A stretch of 64,000 bases of DNA from Thermoplasmata archaeon (lineage in GTDB: Archaea > Thermoplasmatota > Thermoplasmata > Lutacidiplasmatales > SKW197). Positions 25,468 through 36,198 of the stretch are shown piece after piece; positions within the stretch are counted from its first letter, which is position 1; the number at the start of each line of letters is the position of its first letter. The stretch lies in assembly GCA_026414225.1 (NCBI GenBank), contig JAOAJK010000006.1, forward strand, positions 4,005 to 68,004, written 5' to 3'. The notes below the pieces were generated by a model. The model had not been told where the DNA came from and made no database searches. It worked only from the letters and a program-made list of their open reading frames with translations. A program made the translations under genes and the position numbers.

Positions 25468-26991
25468 CAGGTTTTTGGATTTACCGGTGTCGAGTTCGTA
25501 GTACAGGGCTCGGGCAGGCATCGGTGTGATGTTGGACTGTCTCTGAAACTCGGTCTGGGATTGCCAGGTGGACGCATTCACAACCAGGGTGCCCCTGTAG
25601 GGTTCTGTCCCGAAGGTGTGCACATGCCCCGCGACGAAGATATCGGGTACATCTTTGATTACGAGGGCATCGTGTTGGAGCGGTGCCATTGGGGTCTTGC
25701 CCCCGTAGGTGGGTGCCAGATGCCTGAGTTTCAGCAATTCCTTCATCAGGGTAACTGGCTTGGAGTAGGTAAGGTAGTTAGGTGCCTGCTCCACTAGATC
25801 GTCAAAGCTTCTTCCGTGATAGATGAGAATCTTCACGCCCTCAATTTTAATGTAGGCAGGGTTACTGTAGCAGAACACTCTTCCCCCAAGAATTTCCTGG
25901 ATTTCGGGTGGGAATGCTGGCTGCGGTTCTGCCTGTCTTACCGCATCGTGGTTCCCGGGTATCGCAATAATCCCAATGTGTTCGGGAATCTGGGAAAACA
26001 GGCGTGCAAGTTCCCTGTACTGGTCGTAGATGTCATCGATTTCCAGTTCCTCCTCCTGATTCGGGTAGATACCTATCCCATCCACAAGGTCGCCGGAAAC
26101 AACAATGTACTTCACCTTTTTAGCTTCCTCAGAACCATCGTGGAACCAGCTGGTGAATTTTTCCCACGCATGGTAGAGGAAGGTCTTGCTTCCCACATGG
26201 ATGTCAGAGATGAAAACCAGAGCGCAGGGTTTCTGGCTACGGTTCACCCTCCTCTCGATTGCAGGAAGGTCGGGAAAAGTCACATCTGAGGCAAAGAAAC
26301 AATCCTCCTCCGTTCTTACGGATACACTTCCCCTGAACGCCACTACGGAATCCTTTATGAAATATTTTGCGTGCTTCTCCGGAACATGAACTTTGATGCG
26401 TTCACCCGAATCATCCTCCACCTCCAGCATTGTAGCGGTGCCGCTCTTGGTTCTCACCGCCTCGTTCACGATCCCTACGATCGTGTAATCGGTTCTCTCG
26501 GTAGTGGGGCGCCTTGCCAGTTTTCTGAGAGTTTTTATCGGTGTAATGTTTTTCATGTTTGCATGGACAAAAATCTGCTTGATCTGCTTGTATCGGTCCA
26601 GGAATAACTTTGAGTAAAGTTCTGCAGAGGGCGGGAGACGCTTTTGGTCATTCACGCTAAAAACCATTATTTTTTCCGGTTCAGGAATCTCTGGCTTTCG
26701 TTTCAGCTCTTTATTCATTTTTTCAGTTTCAGGTTTAGCACAGATTTGTTCAATCTCTCTCGCCACGAGGAGTGTCGGGACAATGGAGGCCTCGGTGGTG
26801 TAAGCGCCAGTAACACTTTCTATGTCCTCCCAGCTCAGGCATTTGTCTGAAAATTTCTGGGTGAGCAGTTTCGCAATTTTTACTGGTTCCATCATTGCCA
26901 AAATTTTTTCCAGTTCTTCGGCACCGACCACTAAGCCATTCTCACAAAGTATGTCCAGAACTTCCCTGCGGGTTTCTTCCTGCTCAACCAT
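25453..26991 (-). CDS. DNA polymerase II (PolD) small subunit DP1 (calcineurin-like 3'-5' exonuclease)
   Basis: Archaea-specific DP1: metallophosphatase motifs DIHVGS, GDLVDG, GNHD and GHVH. C-terminal domain of about 300 aa with an N-terminal DP1-type extension. Confidence 0.85.
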   Translation of the reverse strand: MVEQEETRREVLDILCENGLVVGAEELEKILAMMEPVKIAKLLTQKFSDKCLSWEDIESVTGAYTTEASIVPTLLVAREIEQICAKPETEKMNKELKRKPEIPEPEKIMVFSVNDQKRLPPSAELYSKLFLDRYKQIKQIFVHANMKNITPIKTLRKLARRPTTERTDYTIVGIVNEAVRTKSGTATMLEVEDDSGERIKVHVPEKHAKYFIKDSVVAFRGSVSVRTEEDCFFASDVTFPDLPAIERRVNRSQKPCALVFISDIHVGSKTFLYHAWEKFTSWFHDGSEEAKKVKYIVVSGDLVDGIGIYPNQEEELEIDDIYDQYRELARLFSQIPEHIGIIAIPGNHDAVRQAEPQPAFPPEIQEILGGRVFCYSNPAYIKIEGVKILIYHGRSFDDLVEQAPNYLTYSKPVTLMKELLKLRHLAPTYGGKTPMAPLQHDALVIKDVPDIFVAGHVHTFGTEPYRGTLVVNASTWQSQTEFQRQSNITPMPARALYYELDTGKSKNLSFLS

Positions 26992-27120
26992 GGAAGGGCA
27001 TTGCTTTGATTGTTAATAAGGTTTTTGCATGGAAGAGCCAGAATGCGAGAGCAATGCCTGTATTCTAATCTTTATATACCCGTTCACCTATATCTATACT
27101 TCTCGGGAAAAGGTGAAACC

Positions 27121-27972
27121 ATGGTTGAGGAAAAGGATGAGGATTATGATGCAGAAACAGATGCCAGGAATGCGTATTCGGAAATTCAGAAAAAGTTGAA
27201 GAAGAACTCGGCGGCACTGGATGCCCTTGAATTTCTGGAGCATGATGAATATATTCAGGGGTTAATAGACCATGCCAACAATGTGGCAATTAACCGTTTC
27301 AACTACAATGACCATGGACTGACCCACTCCAGAATCGCCACGAGAAACGCGCTTTCGATTCTCGATTTACTCAACAAACGCGGAATCTCTCCGAACACGG
27401 TTAGGGAGATGACTGGCACCTACGAAGATGCCCAGCTCATCGTACTCGTAGCAACATACCTCCATGATGTGGGCAACGGGGTCCATAGACACATGCATTA
27501 TCATCACGGAATTTTGCTGCTGAGCAATGTGCTTGATGCGCTTCTCTCCCGCTACTACCAGCCCAGGAAGGCGGCACGGCTGAAGGCATCGATTTTCGAG
27601 TGCATTTACACCCATGATGAGGCGGTGCCCTGCATAAGCATTGAAGGGGGCTGTGTCACCATCGGAGATGGGACAGACATGGCAAACGGCAGGGCAAGGG
27701 TGCCTTTTTCGAAGGGGAAGGTAGATATCCACTCGATTTCAGCACTTGCAATAAAGCGGGTGAAGATAAGGGAAGGGGTGGAGAAGCCAGTGCGGATTGA
27801 GATTGAAATGACTTGCTCGGCGGGCCTTTTCCAGATTCAGGAAGTGCTCGGGCCTAAGATTAAAACTTCGGGAATAAAGGATTATCTGGAAGTGATTGGA
27901 ACCGTGGATGCGAAGGAGAGGGAGAGAATTTTTGAAAGGATAGAGTTTGATAAGAATGTTGCCAGCCGTTGA
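27121..27972 (+). CDS. HD-domain phosphohydrolase
   Basis: H…HD…H…H pattern (LTHSRIATRNA…TYLHDVGNGVHRHMHYHH). ATG at 27121 is preceded by GGTGA, and TATA-like CTTTATATACC lies upstream. Confidence 0.65.
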   Translation: MVEEKDEDYDAETDARNAYSEIQKKLKKNSAALDALEFLEHDEYIQGLIDHANNVAINRFNYNDHGLTHSRIATRNALSILDLLNKRGISPNTVREMTGTYEDAQLIVLVATYLHDVGNGVHRHMHYHHGILLLSNVLDALLSRYYQPRKAARLKASIFECIYTHDEAVPCISIEGGCVTIGDGTDMANGRARVPFSKGKVDIHSISALAIKRVKIREGVEKPVRIEIEMTCSAGLFQIQEVLGPKIKTSGIKDYLEVIGTVDAKERERIFERIEFDKNVASR

Positions 27973-29038
27973 ATTAACCAGGGAACTCATCCGTTTTCCC
28001 AGTGTGCTGGGGTCCGAAAACGGGATTGCCGGCTTTATCTATGAAAAATTAAGGTCCCATGCCTCAAAAATTTATTATCAGGATACTGGCGATGGCAGAA
28101 AAAATCTGATTGCTTTCGGGAAGAAGGGGCGGAAGAATCCAGTGCTTCTGAACGCCCACATGGACACGGTGGAGGTGATGCAAAACTGGTCACTGGACCC
28201 GTTCGGAGGGATAGAACGGGAGGGCAAACTCTACGGGCTCGGTGCGTGCGACATGAAGGCGGGGCTGGGAATATTCATGGCACTGTTTGCCGAATTGAGC
28301 GAGAAGCTTCCAGTTGTATTTACCGCATGCGCAGATGAGGAAGGTGAATCCCTCGGTGCCTACCAGCTGATAAAGCACCTGAGAGAGATAGAGTGCAATC
28401 CGGAGATTGTGCTTATTTCTGAACCAACAGATGAGAAGGTAATGCTGGGAGCAAGGGGCAGAGTGGTCCTAGAGATAGATGTGCGTGGCAAATCCGCACA
28501 TGGGGCAAGACCGCACCTTGGTGTGAACGCAATTTCAGAAGCCGCGAGAATTGTGGAAATGATTGATGGGCTGGCTGTGGGTTCGCACGAGAAAATGGGA
28601 AGGGGGTCCTTCTGTACGCTTAAAATCGCTGGCGGTGCAAATTCCCTGAGCGTGCCAGAACACTGCAAACTCATAGTGGACAGGCATTATGTGGTTGGAG
28701 AAAGCCAGGAAGGAATAAGGGAGACGGTGGAACGGGAAATTCGAAAACTCGGACTGAAGGGGGATGTAAATGTGGGTTTTGTCAGCCGCAGGGTGCCGTT
28801 TCTGAAACCCTACATCACCGAGGAGACAGGGGCTGTGAGAGAGTTTGTTAATCTGGTAAATTCAGAAATTATTTACGGACAATCCGTCGGGGACTTCAAC
28901 CTGTTTGGCGAAACATGGCCCACGGTGGTTTATGGCCCTGCAGGTGGGAACTGGCATTCTGGAGATGAGTTTGTGCATGTGGAGTCCATTGAGAGGGTAT
29001 ATGGAAGGTATCTGGAGTTTCTTGAGAAATTCCTATGA
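27947..29038 (+). CDS. M20 family metallopeptidase (ArgE/DapE/CPG2-like)
   Basis: M20 metal-ligand motifs AHMDTV, GACDMKAGL and EEGES. Dimerisation domain present. Confidence 0.75.
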   Translation: MIRMLPAVELTRELIRFPSVLGSENGIAGFIYEKLRSHASKIYYQDTGDGRKNLIAFGKKGRKNPVLLNAHMDTVEVMQNWSLDPFGGIEREGKLYGLGACDMKAGLGIFMALFAELSEKLPVVFTACADEEGESLGAYQLIKHLREIECNPEIVLISEPTDEKVMLGARGRVVLEIDVRGKSAHGARPHLGVNAISEAARIVEMIDGLAVGSHEKMGRGSFCTLKIAGGANSLSVPEHCKLIVDRHYVVGESQEGIRETVEREIRKLGLKGDVNVGFVSRRVPFLKPYITEETGAVREFVNLVNSEIIYGQSVGDFNLFGETWPTVVYGPAGGNWHSGDEFVHVESIERVYGRYLEFLEKFL

Positions 29039-30172
29039 TTTTGTTTCAAGCAGCTGTTTGTAGATTGCTTCAATCCTGTCCACGACTTTCGTTCTCGTGT
29101 ATTTTTCCTCAACCTTCCTTCTCCCTGCCATGCCCATTTTTTTCCGCAATTCTTCGTTTTCGAGGAGCAACTTCATTTTCCCGGCGAGGGCGTCTATGTC
29201 TCCCCAGTCATAGAGCAGGCCGTCTTTGCCATCTGAAACAATGTAGGGCACACCACCAACACGGGAGGCAATCACGGGTTTTGACATAGCCCAGGATTCG
29301 AGAATGACCGCACCAAAACCTTCATAGTAGGATGGGAGCACAAGAAATTCAGCGTGGGCAAGAAAGGCGTATTTTTCCTTTTCCGGCACCTTGCCGGCGA
29401 AAACAACCCTGTCATGCAGTCCCAGATTTTCAGCCAATTTCTTCAGTTTTTTTTGTTCCCCACCGTCAGGCCCAATAAAAACTATCCCCAAATCTTTTAT
29501 ACCTATTTTTTTCAGCGCTAATAACAGGTGTGCTGGCGATTTTTCTGTATGAAGGCGACCTACAAATACTACAAATCTTTTAAGGTGTTCGGGCAAGCAC
29601 GGTGTCTTATAAGTTTCTGTCAGCACATTGTCCTCAACCGCTGCCTCCTGCAAGATTGTTACCTTTCTTTCAGGGATGCCCATCGCTAAAACTCTCTTTC
29701 TATCCAGTTCTTGATTCGTGCCCACCAGGTGCACCTTCCGAAGAGTCCAAATGCCTATTGTGTTCCTGTAGATGGTGTGATAGATTTTATTCACCATCTT
29801 ATCGGTGGGGATTATAACACCGTGATGGGTAGCCAAGACACACTTTTTGGTTTTTGCGTATTTCCAAGCCACAAAATCGTTTGTGAGAAACCCAAAGCCA
29901 TGAAGATTAATTAAATCTGCCTCCCTGATTTGGGGAATAAACAGGGAACAGTAATAGCCAAAATAAAATTTGAACGGATATCTGTAGATTTTTACTCCGT
30001 TGTGGACTTCAAAATCTGAGAGTTTCCTCCCCTCTACATCGGTGTTTGTGGTATGGACCTCTACCATGTGCTTTCTCCGCGCAAGTTCCTCTATTGTTCT
30101 CTGCATCTGAGTTTCCATCCCACCGATAACCGGCCAGTAGTAATTTGATATGTATGCGAGTTTTAACTCCAT
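29033..30172 (-). CDS. Glycosyltransferase family 4 (GT-B, GT1-type)
   Basis: N-terminal YYWPVIGGMETQ, a C-terminal EGFG-type motif (SYYEGFGAVILESWAMSKPVIAS) and the E-x7-E region. Confidence 0.8.
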   Translation of the reverse strand: MELKLAYISNYYWPVIGGMETQMQRTIEELARRKHMVEVHTTNTDVEGRKLSDFEVHNGVKIYRYPFKFYFGYYCSLFIPQIREADLINLHGFGFLTNDFVAWKYAKTKKCVLATHHGVIIPTDKMVNKIYHTIYRNTIGIWTLRKVHLVGTNQELDRKRVLAMGIPERKVTILQEAAVEDNVLTETYKTPCLPEHLKRFVVFVGRLHTEKSPAHLLLALKKIGIKDLGIVFIGPDGGEQKKLKKLAENLGLHDRVVFAGKVPEKEKYAFLAHAEFLVLPSYYEGFGAVILESWAMSKPVIASRVGGVPYIVSDGKDGLLYDWGDIDALAGKMKLLLENEELRKKMGMAGRRKVEEKYTRTKVVDRIEAIYKQLLETKS

Positions 30173-30253
30173 GCTAGGAGAGAGTAAAAACTGTCCAAAG
30201 CATAAACCTTTTTATTATCGTTTGATGGGAAAGTTATATGTAGTTGGATAAAT

Positions 30254-33200
30254 ATGGAGAAACTGGTGCAATCAATGCGTAGGGAAGTGACTGTGATATG
30301 GAGCATAATCCTAATTGTTAGCGGTGCAGCATGTGGTGTGCTGAATGGTGCGGTTGATGGACAAAATGAATATATAAACGGGAAACCGTGGGATAGGGGC
30401 AACACACTTCTTTCAGGTCACAAGTATCTTCAAATTACCTCGTCGGCTAGTTCGTTAGTAGGAGATATATTAATTGATGATGAGGGGCGCACACATGCAC
30501 TTTATGCGAAGGCAAATGGTACAAAGTACGATTTGATATATAAGAGGTTTGCACCGGACCACACCGTGGAGCAGGAGGAGACCGTGCTTCATTCTCCATC
30601 AACCGGTTGGCTTTCCAGTGTAAGGGCAGTGCTCGTGGGGACAAAGATTCACATCGGGTTTTCTTCCAATGCGACCGGAAATTACGATGTGTACTACATG
30701 CTCGTGCAAACTAATGGCACGATTTTGGTTCCTGCCTACAATCTCATAAACAACTTTGGGAACTGGGCACTGGATGATAATGTTATCAGTATGGATTTTG
30801 ATGCCGGTGGAAATGTTTACATCGGAGTCCACAGATCACCAGGATATACATCGAATACAAGAGGCATGATCACGAGGGTTGATGCGTACGGGAATCAGGT
30901 TGATTGGACATATAGGGGTTCAACAGGCAAAATATTTTATGTAAATGGTGATATTAAGACGGAAGGAACCCTTGTGGTGTGTGACAGAGAACTCGGAATT
31001 TTACATATTGTTTATGCGGATTTTCAGTCAAGTGTCTTTCCAGATGTTTATTATCTTTCAATCAACACAACGACAGGGAACACAATCTGCTCGGCGTATG
31101 CCTTAGAGACCAGTAGCGAGGCAGATAGCTGGGCATGGGGTGCAGTAGATGCAAATCACAAATTGCATCTTGGCTGGATTCACTGCGTCGGTGCGTCAGG
31201 AATTATGATATGGGGTGCAAGGATCAGCTCATCTGGCACTCTTGAGCAGACCATGTTTCCAGTGGTAAATACCCCCTCCGACTGCAATCTTATACCCGTC
31301 AGAATGATACATATGAGTAACCGTATCCATCTTCTCTGCGAGTATGATTATCCTTCTGGAGATTCTGCAAGTTATTTCCCCTATTACCTTGCTCTCTATT
31401 CTACCAACGACAGCGTTGCAACACCCCTAACAAAAATAACATCCAATCTTGGTCGCAGTATGGACATAGAGAAATCTCCCCTGAACAAACTCCACATCGC
31501 CTACACCACAGGGCTGGATCCGCCTGTGGAGCTCGGGATTTCATACGAGCCCTTTGTTGACCCGGCGGTCATAAACTTCTCGGCTTCTGAACTTCAGCCC
31601 TACGAGGGCCTGGCTGTAAACCTCACCGGAGAAATAGGGAATCTGGGTTACGATGTGCTGGACACTGCAACTGTGAGTTTCTATGAAAATCCGCCAGAGC
31701 AGGGCGGTGCCCTGATTGCCTCAACCCCAATCACAAATCTGGCCGGTGGAGCTAAAATCAAGATGAACGCCACATGGGTTGCGAAGCAGGGCTACTACAA
31801 CCTTACTGTCATCGTCTCAGCCGCAAATCCATCAGATTCAAACAACACGAACAACAGGGAAACAATCTTCATTTATGTTGGGAAGCCAGACCTGGAGATC
31901 GCCGAGGCGAACATCACGCTCTCGAACACGGCACCTGTGAGCGGGGAACTCCTCACGATAACTGCAAAGGTGAACAACCTTGGCGATGGCAAGGCGGTAA
32001 ATCCGAAGGTGCGATTTTACCTCGACGGCATCCTGCTCGGCACGGACATCACAGTTCCGGAGATAAAACCCAGAAATTTCACTCATGTTCAAGCTCAGTG
32101 GATTGCCTCCAGCGGCACCCATACCCTGTTAGTGTACCTGGACCCCGCGAACCTGATCAGCGAAGAGAACGAAACAAACAACAACGCGACAAAGCAAATC
32201 TATGTGGACTCCAATCTTCCCGATTTCGTGGCTGTTTCAATAGTGCTGGAAGCTGGCATGGTGGCGGGCACACCCGCGAATGCCACACTTTCCATAGCAA
32301 ATGCAGGTAATGGAAGTGCCACAGCCAAGATAAAGGTTGTGCACAACACTGCAACCACCATCTACACCCACCAGATATCTGCCCATTCCACGATTAACCT
32401 GACCCATCAATTCACGCCCTCGCAGGGAACCAGCACAATTGAGGTGTTTGTTGACCCGGAGCATGAGGTGATGGAGACCGAGGAGAATAACAACTACGCT
32501 TGTACCACATTTACATTGCTTCCAGATATTGAGATATCCACTGCAAACATTACCCATGAAATTGCAGAGGAAGGCAGGAATTTCAATCTTTCCGCAAAAG
32601 TCCACAATCTGGGCGGCGTGGAGGTGCATAATGTGGCTGTTGCGGTTCTCGAAAATAACGCCACAGTATCTGAGGGCTACATTCCCGACCTGCCTGCATA
32701 CTCGTTTGCGTATTACAACTTCACATACAATACGGTTGCTGGCTGGCATCTGTTCAGGTTTGTCCTGGATGGCGGGAACACGGTGGTCGAGGCAAACGAG
32801 ACCAACAATGAGGCGGGGCTGAGCCTCTCCGTCACCCCACTACCAGACCTTGTCGTGCAGGGGTTGAGCATTGGACCGTCTGAGATAGATGAAATTACCG
32901 AGATTATGGTGCGGGTCACAGTGGTCAATAATGGCTCGGAGGCCGCCCATAACTTCTCAATAAGTTTCTACCTGGATGGTGCGGAGTTTGAGGTGGACAA
33001 AGTTTCCACCCTGAACCCGAACGAAGGTCTTATGTTCACAGGAAAGTGCGTTGCTTCTCACGGACCGAGAACAGTCACGGTTAAAGCTGACCCTGATGCC
33101 AAAATTCATGAGATTAGTGAAGCCAATAACGAGGTTTCAGAGACGGTCGAGGTTGCACCGCTACCGGATCTCGGGATCGAGAATTTCACAGTCACACCTG

Positions 33201-34642
33201 AGAAAATTGATGCTCGCACTCAAGTTGAGATAAAGGTCACAGTTAAGAATTACGGCTGGGCGACGGCCACAAACATCACGGTCGGTTTCTACATTGATGG
33301 GGTAAAGTTTGAAACCCTTAACCTTTCCACACTGGCTCCAGGGCAAAACACCACCCACACTTTAAAATGCACCCTGCTGGAAGGCACGAGAGTTCTGACA
33401 GTAAAGGTGGACCCAGAAAGCACAATCAAGGAGCTCAGCGAGGAGAACAATGAAGCCACAACATCCGTTGAGGTGGCAGGATTACCTGACCTTGTGATGG
33501 AAGGAATTGAAATCTCTCCCGGAGAAATTGACGAGACCACGGAAATCATGGTAAATGCCACGCTTTCAAACATTGGAAGCATTATAGCCGAAAATTTTAC
33601 AGTGAGTTTCCGGATAGACGGAGTTGAGATTGCAACCAGCAATGTCTCCGGGCTGGATGCAGGGAAAAACCTTGTTTGCGTTGCGAGATTGAGGGCGGAC
33701 CCAGGCACAAGAGTGCTTGCGGTGAAGGTAGATAGCCAGAACACAGTTAAGGAACTCAGCGAGGCAAACAATGAAGCTCTCAAAACTTTTGAGGTCATGC
33801 CGCTACCAGACCTTGCAGTTGAGAATGCGGCAATCAGTGGCCCGCCTTTCCTTGGTTTTGAGGTCCAGATTGCTGTGAACCTTACCAACGGGGGGCATGG
33901 GAGGGCGGAGAACATCACGGTTGAGATTTTAGATGGCATGGATGTGATTGCGGGCACAAGAATAGCGTTGTTAAATCCAGGTGAAAGGGCACAGGTAAAC
34001 CTCTCATGGACGCCTGAAACAACGGGGTCCATACTTCTAACTGCAATAGTTGACAGGGGGAATGCAATCCGTGAAAGCAACGAAACCAACAACGGGTTCC
34101 AGATGAGCCCGAATGTTACCGCTGCCGTGTGTGATGTGGGCGTTGAGGTAAAGGTTGCACCAGAGGGATTGAGGGTCCTGGCTCCCGCAGAAATTCTGAT
34201 TACGCTGAGAAACAGCGGAAGCCACAGGGCCGAGGTGAACCTCAGCGTTTACATTGATGAGGCAATTTACGATACCAGAACCATTGTGCTTGAACCCGGC
34301 TCTGGAATAACACTCAATCTGACCTATATCTGGCTCTCTTCCGGCACAAAGAAGGTGAGGGCAGAGGTCCAGCTTCCTGCAAATCTCTCGGACAACAACA
34401 TCTCGAACAATGTGGCAACAGAGAGTGTAGCGGTCGCAGAGGAACCCGGAATAAATCCATGGTTTATCTGGCTGATAATTGCGGTTTTGGAAGCGATTGT
34501 AATTGTCCTGCTCTTGATTTACATTGTGCTGCGGGGAAGGAAGCCCGGATCTGAGACAGGGGAAAAGAAAGAGGAGAAGGCGGGTCCAACGGAGGCAAAC
34601 AAACCAGGTAAGGAAGAAGAAACAGAGAAAAAGAAGTACTGA
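30254..34642 (+). CDS. Large (1462 aa) surface protein with N-terminal beta-rich domain, >=8 tandem CARDB domains, C-terminal TM anchor and Lys/Glu-rich tail
   Basis: Signal/anchor (VIWSIILIVSGAACGVL). Repeating ~107-aa units that begin PLPDL… and end …E-N-E-x-N-N (CARDB). C-terminal TM (WFIWLIIAVLEAIVIVLLLIYIVL) followed by KKEEKAGPTEANKPGKEEETEKKKY. Confidence 0.8.
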   Translation: MEKLVQSMRREVTVIWSIILIVSGAACGVLNGAVDGQNEYINGKPWDRGNTLLSGHKYLQITSSASSLVGDILIDDEGRTHALYAKANGTKYDLIYKRFAPDHTVEQEETVLHSPSTGWLSSVRAVLVGTKIHIGFSSNATGNYDVYYMLVQTNGTILVPAYNLINNFGNWALDDNVISMDFDAGGNVYIGVHRSPGYTSNTRGMITRVDAYGNQVDWTYRGSTGKIFYVNGDIKTEGTLVVCDRELGILHIVYADFQSSVFPDVYYLSINTTTGNTICSAYALETSSEADSWAWGAVDANHKLHLGWIHCVGASGIMIWGARISSSGTLEQTMFPVVNTPSDCNLIPVRMIHMSNRIHLLCEYDYPSGDSASYFPYYLALYSTNDSVATPLTKITSNLGRSMDIEKSPLNKLHIAYTTGLDPPVELGISYEPFVDPAVINFSASELQPYEGLAVNLTGEIGNLGYDVLDTATVSFYENPPEQGGALIASTPITNLAGGAKIKMNATWVAKQGYYNLTVIVSAANPSDSNNTNNRETIFIYVGKPDLEIAEANITLSNTAPVSGELLTITAKVNNLGDGKAVNPKVRFYLDGILLGTDITVPEIKPRNFTHVQAQWIASSGTHTLLVYLDPANLISEENETNNNATKQIYVDSNLPDFVAVSIVLEAGMVAGTPANATLSIANAGNGSATAKIKVVHNTATTIYTHQISAHSTINLTHQFTPSQGTSTIEVFVDPEHEVMETEENNNYACTTFTLLPDIEISTANITHEIAEEGRNFNLSAKVHNLGGVEVHNVAVAVLENNATVSEGYIPDLPAYSFAYYNFTYNTVAGWHLFRFVLDGGNTVVEANETNNEAGLSLSVTPLPDLVVQGLSIGPSEIDEITEIMVRVTVVNNGSEAAHNFSISFYLDGAEFEVDKVSTLNPNEGLMFTGKCVASHGPRTVTVKADPDAKIHEISEANNEVSETVEVAPLPDLGIENFTVTPEKIDARTQVEIKVTVKNYGWATATNITVGFYIDGVKFETLNLSTLAPGQNTTHTLKCTLLEGTRVLTVKVDPESTIKELSEENNEATTSVEVAGLPDLVMEGIEISPGEIDETTEIMVNATLSNIGSIIAENFTVSFRIDGVEIATSNVSGLDAGKNLVCVARLRADPGTRVLAVKVDSQNTVKELSEANNEALKTFEVMPLPDLAVENAAISGPPFLGFEVQIAVNLTNGGHGRAENITVEILDGMDVIAGTRIALLNPGERAQVNLSWTPETTGSILLTAIVDRGNAIRESNETNNGFQMSPNVTAAVCDVGVEVKVAPEGLRVLAPAEILITLRNSGSHRAEVNLSVYIDEAIYDTRTIVLEPGSGITLNLTYIWLSSGTKKVRAEVQLPANLSDNNISNNVATESVAVAEEPGINPWFIWLIIAVLEAIVIVLLLIYIVLRGRKPGSETGEKKEEKAGPTEANKPGKEEETEKKKY
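31870..34130 (+). repeat. Degenerate ~320-bp tandem coding repeats (CARDB units)
   Basis: Unit starts recur at about 31875, 32210, 32518, 32835, 33155, 33480, 33800 and 34125, with a period of 308-335 bp. The cta-cca-gac-ctt motif recurs at each unit boundary. Confidence 0.7.
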
Positions 34643-34680
34643 CACATCTTCTTTCCACACAGAAAAGCCAAAATAGATGA

Positions 34681-36198
34681 ATGGCGTTAGGTGTCATCAT
34701 GCTTGAGGATTTGTTTGAGCGGGAGTACGGGAAGGAAGTGATGCTCGCGTTGCTGGAATGCAATGCCCAGGCGCTGAAAAAAACTGAGGAGTGGAAAAAA
34801 CGGATGGGCGCGTCTTATGGAAAAAATCGGGCAATTGCTTCTGCCCGCCTTGGTTTCAATGCCAACGAGGTAAGGGAGTTACTTTCGAGAAACGGAATTT
34901 TTGTGAACCCAGAACCGTTCATAAACCAGTTACTGAAGCGCGGCGTGCTGAAAAAACTCGGGGACAGCACCCTGTATATCGTGGACCAGTCGGTGGTAGA
35001 AACCGAGCTCCAGAAATTCCAGAAACTTGAAATGGAAAAGCTCCAGAATGTGAATCCAACCGCAAAGGAGGAACTCGTGGAAATTGAGAGAATGGATGCT
35101 GAATTTGAGGCGTATCTTCATGACATTGTGCTTGAAAGGGTAAATGAGATTGTGGAATTTGGTAGAAATTTCAATGCGGATGTGGTTGCAGAGTATCTCC
35201 GCAACCTATTCGGGGCACTCATTTACTTTGATACCCTCCTCAGCATCGTGCATCAGTATGCTCTGGCAGATGTGGAAATTTTATCTCCGAATGGCAAGGT
35301 GACTGGACACACCGGCTTCAGCATCTCATTTTTCGGCCCGCCGGGCACTGGCAAGACATTTACCATAGACGACATGATTCGCGGCAATCAGCGGATGGGG
35401 GTCCCGCCCCACGGGCTCCCCGGGAAAAACAGGTATTGCGGGGGGATGACGCCAGCCCAGTTTATAAGAATAGGCGAGGCCTATGCTGGACGGAAATTCA
35501 ACTTCATCGTGCCAGAGTTCAATGACTGGTTCAAATACAAGGGAATGGTGGAGCCGCTTAAACTCGTGATGGAGCAGCGGGAGGTGAAGTATGAGTCAAC
35601 GATAGGCACAATTGGCCCCTACCGTTTCTCGTCCTTCTTTGCAGTCAATTACAACACCAGAAGTGAGGGTTTCAGCTACGAAGTCACAATTTCCGATCCG
35701 AATTTTGCGGCCATTGAGGACAGGATGCTCTGCCGGCTTCACCAGATGACAAAGGAGCGCTTCCTTGAAATCGAGAACAGCAATGCACGGCTTGAACTCG
35801 GGGAGATGGACTTCTCACTTGCTGAGAAAATACGGGACCATCTCACACTCGTTTATGCCATCCAGACAAAGCATCCTCTCGTTGCCGGCAAATTCCAGTA
35901 TAAACCGATAAAGCTGAACCGGAAGATATACGATGTCTTCAAGAATGTGAATGCGGCGATTCTGGAACACATCGAAAGCATCAATTTCTCACCGCGGCTT
36001 CAGTCCCGTGCAATCAAGCTTGCGTGTGCGATGAGCATGCTCGAGTATTTCAACAACGACAGGCCAGAAATTGAGGTTTCCGAGAGAAACCTGAAGCATG
36101 CCGTTAAATTCTATCTGGAAGAGGTGAGCACGAGGCAGCGACAGCGATTTGACCCGGGCATTGTTATGGAGACCCTACGAACCAGCGTCGGGTTTTGA
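34681..36198 (+). CDS. Divergent AAA+ family P-loop ATPase (uncharacterised)
   Basis: Classic AAA Walker A (FFGPPGTGKTF), a degenerate Walker B about 52 aa later (FNFIVPEFND) and a sensor-1-like FFAVNYNT. The 230-aa N-terminus and 170-aa C-terminus match nothing I recognise. Confidence 0.55.
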   Translation: MALGVIMLEDLFEREYGKEVMLALLECNAQALKKTEEWKKRMGASYGKNRAIASARLGFNANEVRELLSRNGIFVNPEPFINQLLKRGVLKKLGDSTLYIVDQSVVETELQKFQKLEMEKLQNVNPTAKEELVEIERMDAEFEAYLHDIVLERVNEIVEFGRNFNADVVAEYLRNLFGALIYFDTLLSIVHQYALADVEILSPNGKVTGHTGFSISFFGPPGTGKTFTIDDMIRGNQRMGVPPHGLPGKNRYCGGMTPAQFIRIGEAYAGRKFNFIVPEFNDWFKYKGMVEPLKLVMEQREVKYESTIGTIGPYRFSSFFAVNYNTRSEGFSYEVTISDPNFAAIEDRMLCRLHQMTKERFLEIENSNARLELGEMDFSLAEKIRDHLTLVYAIQTKHPLVAGKFQYKPIKLNRKIYDVFKNVNAAILEHIESINFSPRLQSRAIKLACAMSMLEYFNNDRPEIEVSERNLKHAVKFYLEEVSTRQRQRFDPGIVMETLRTSVGF

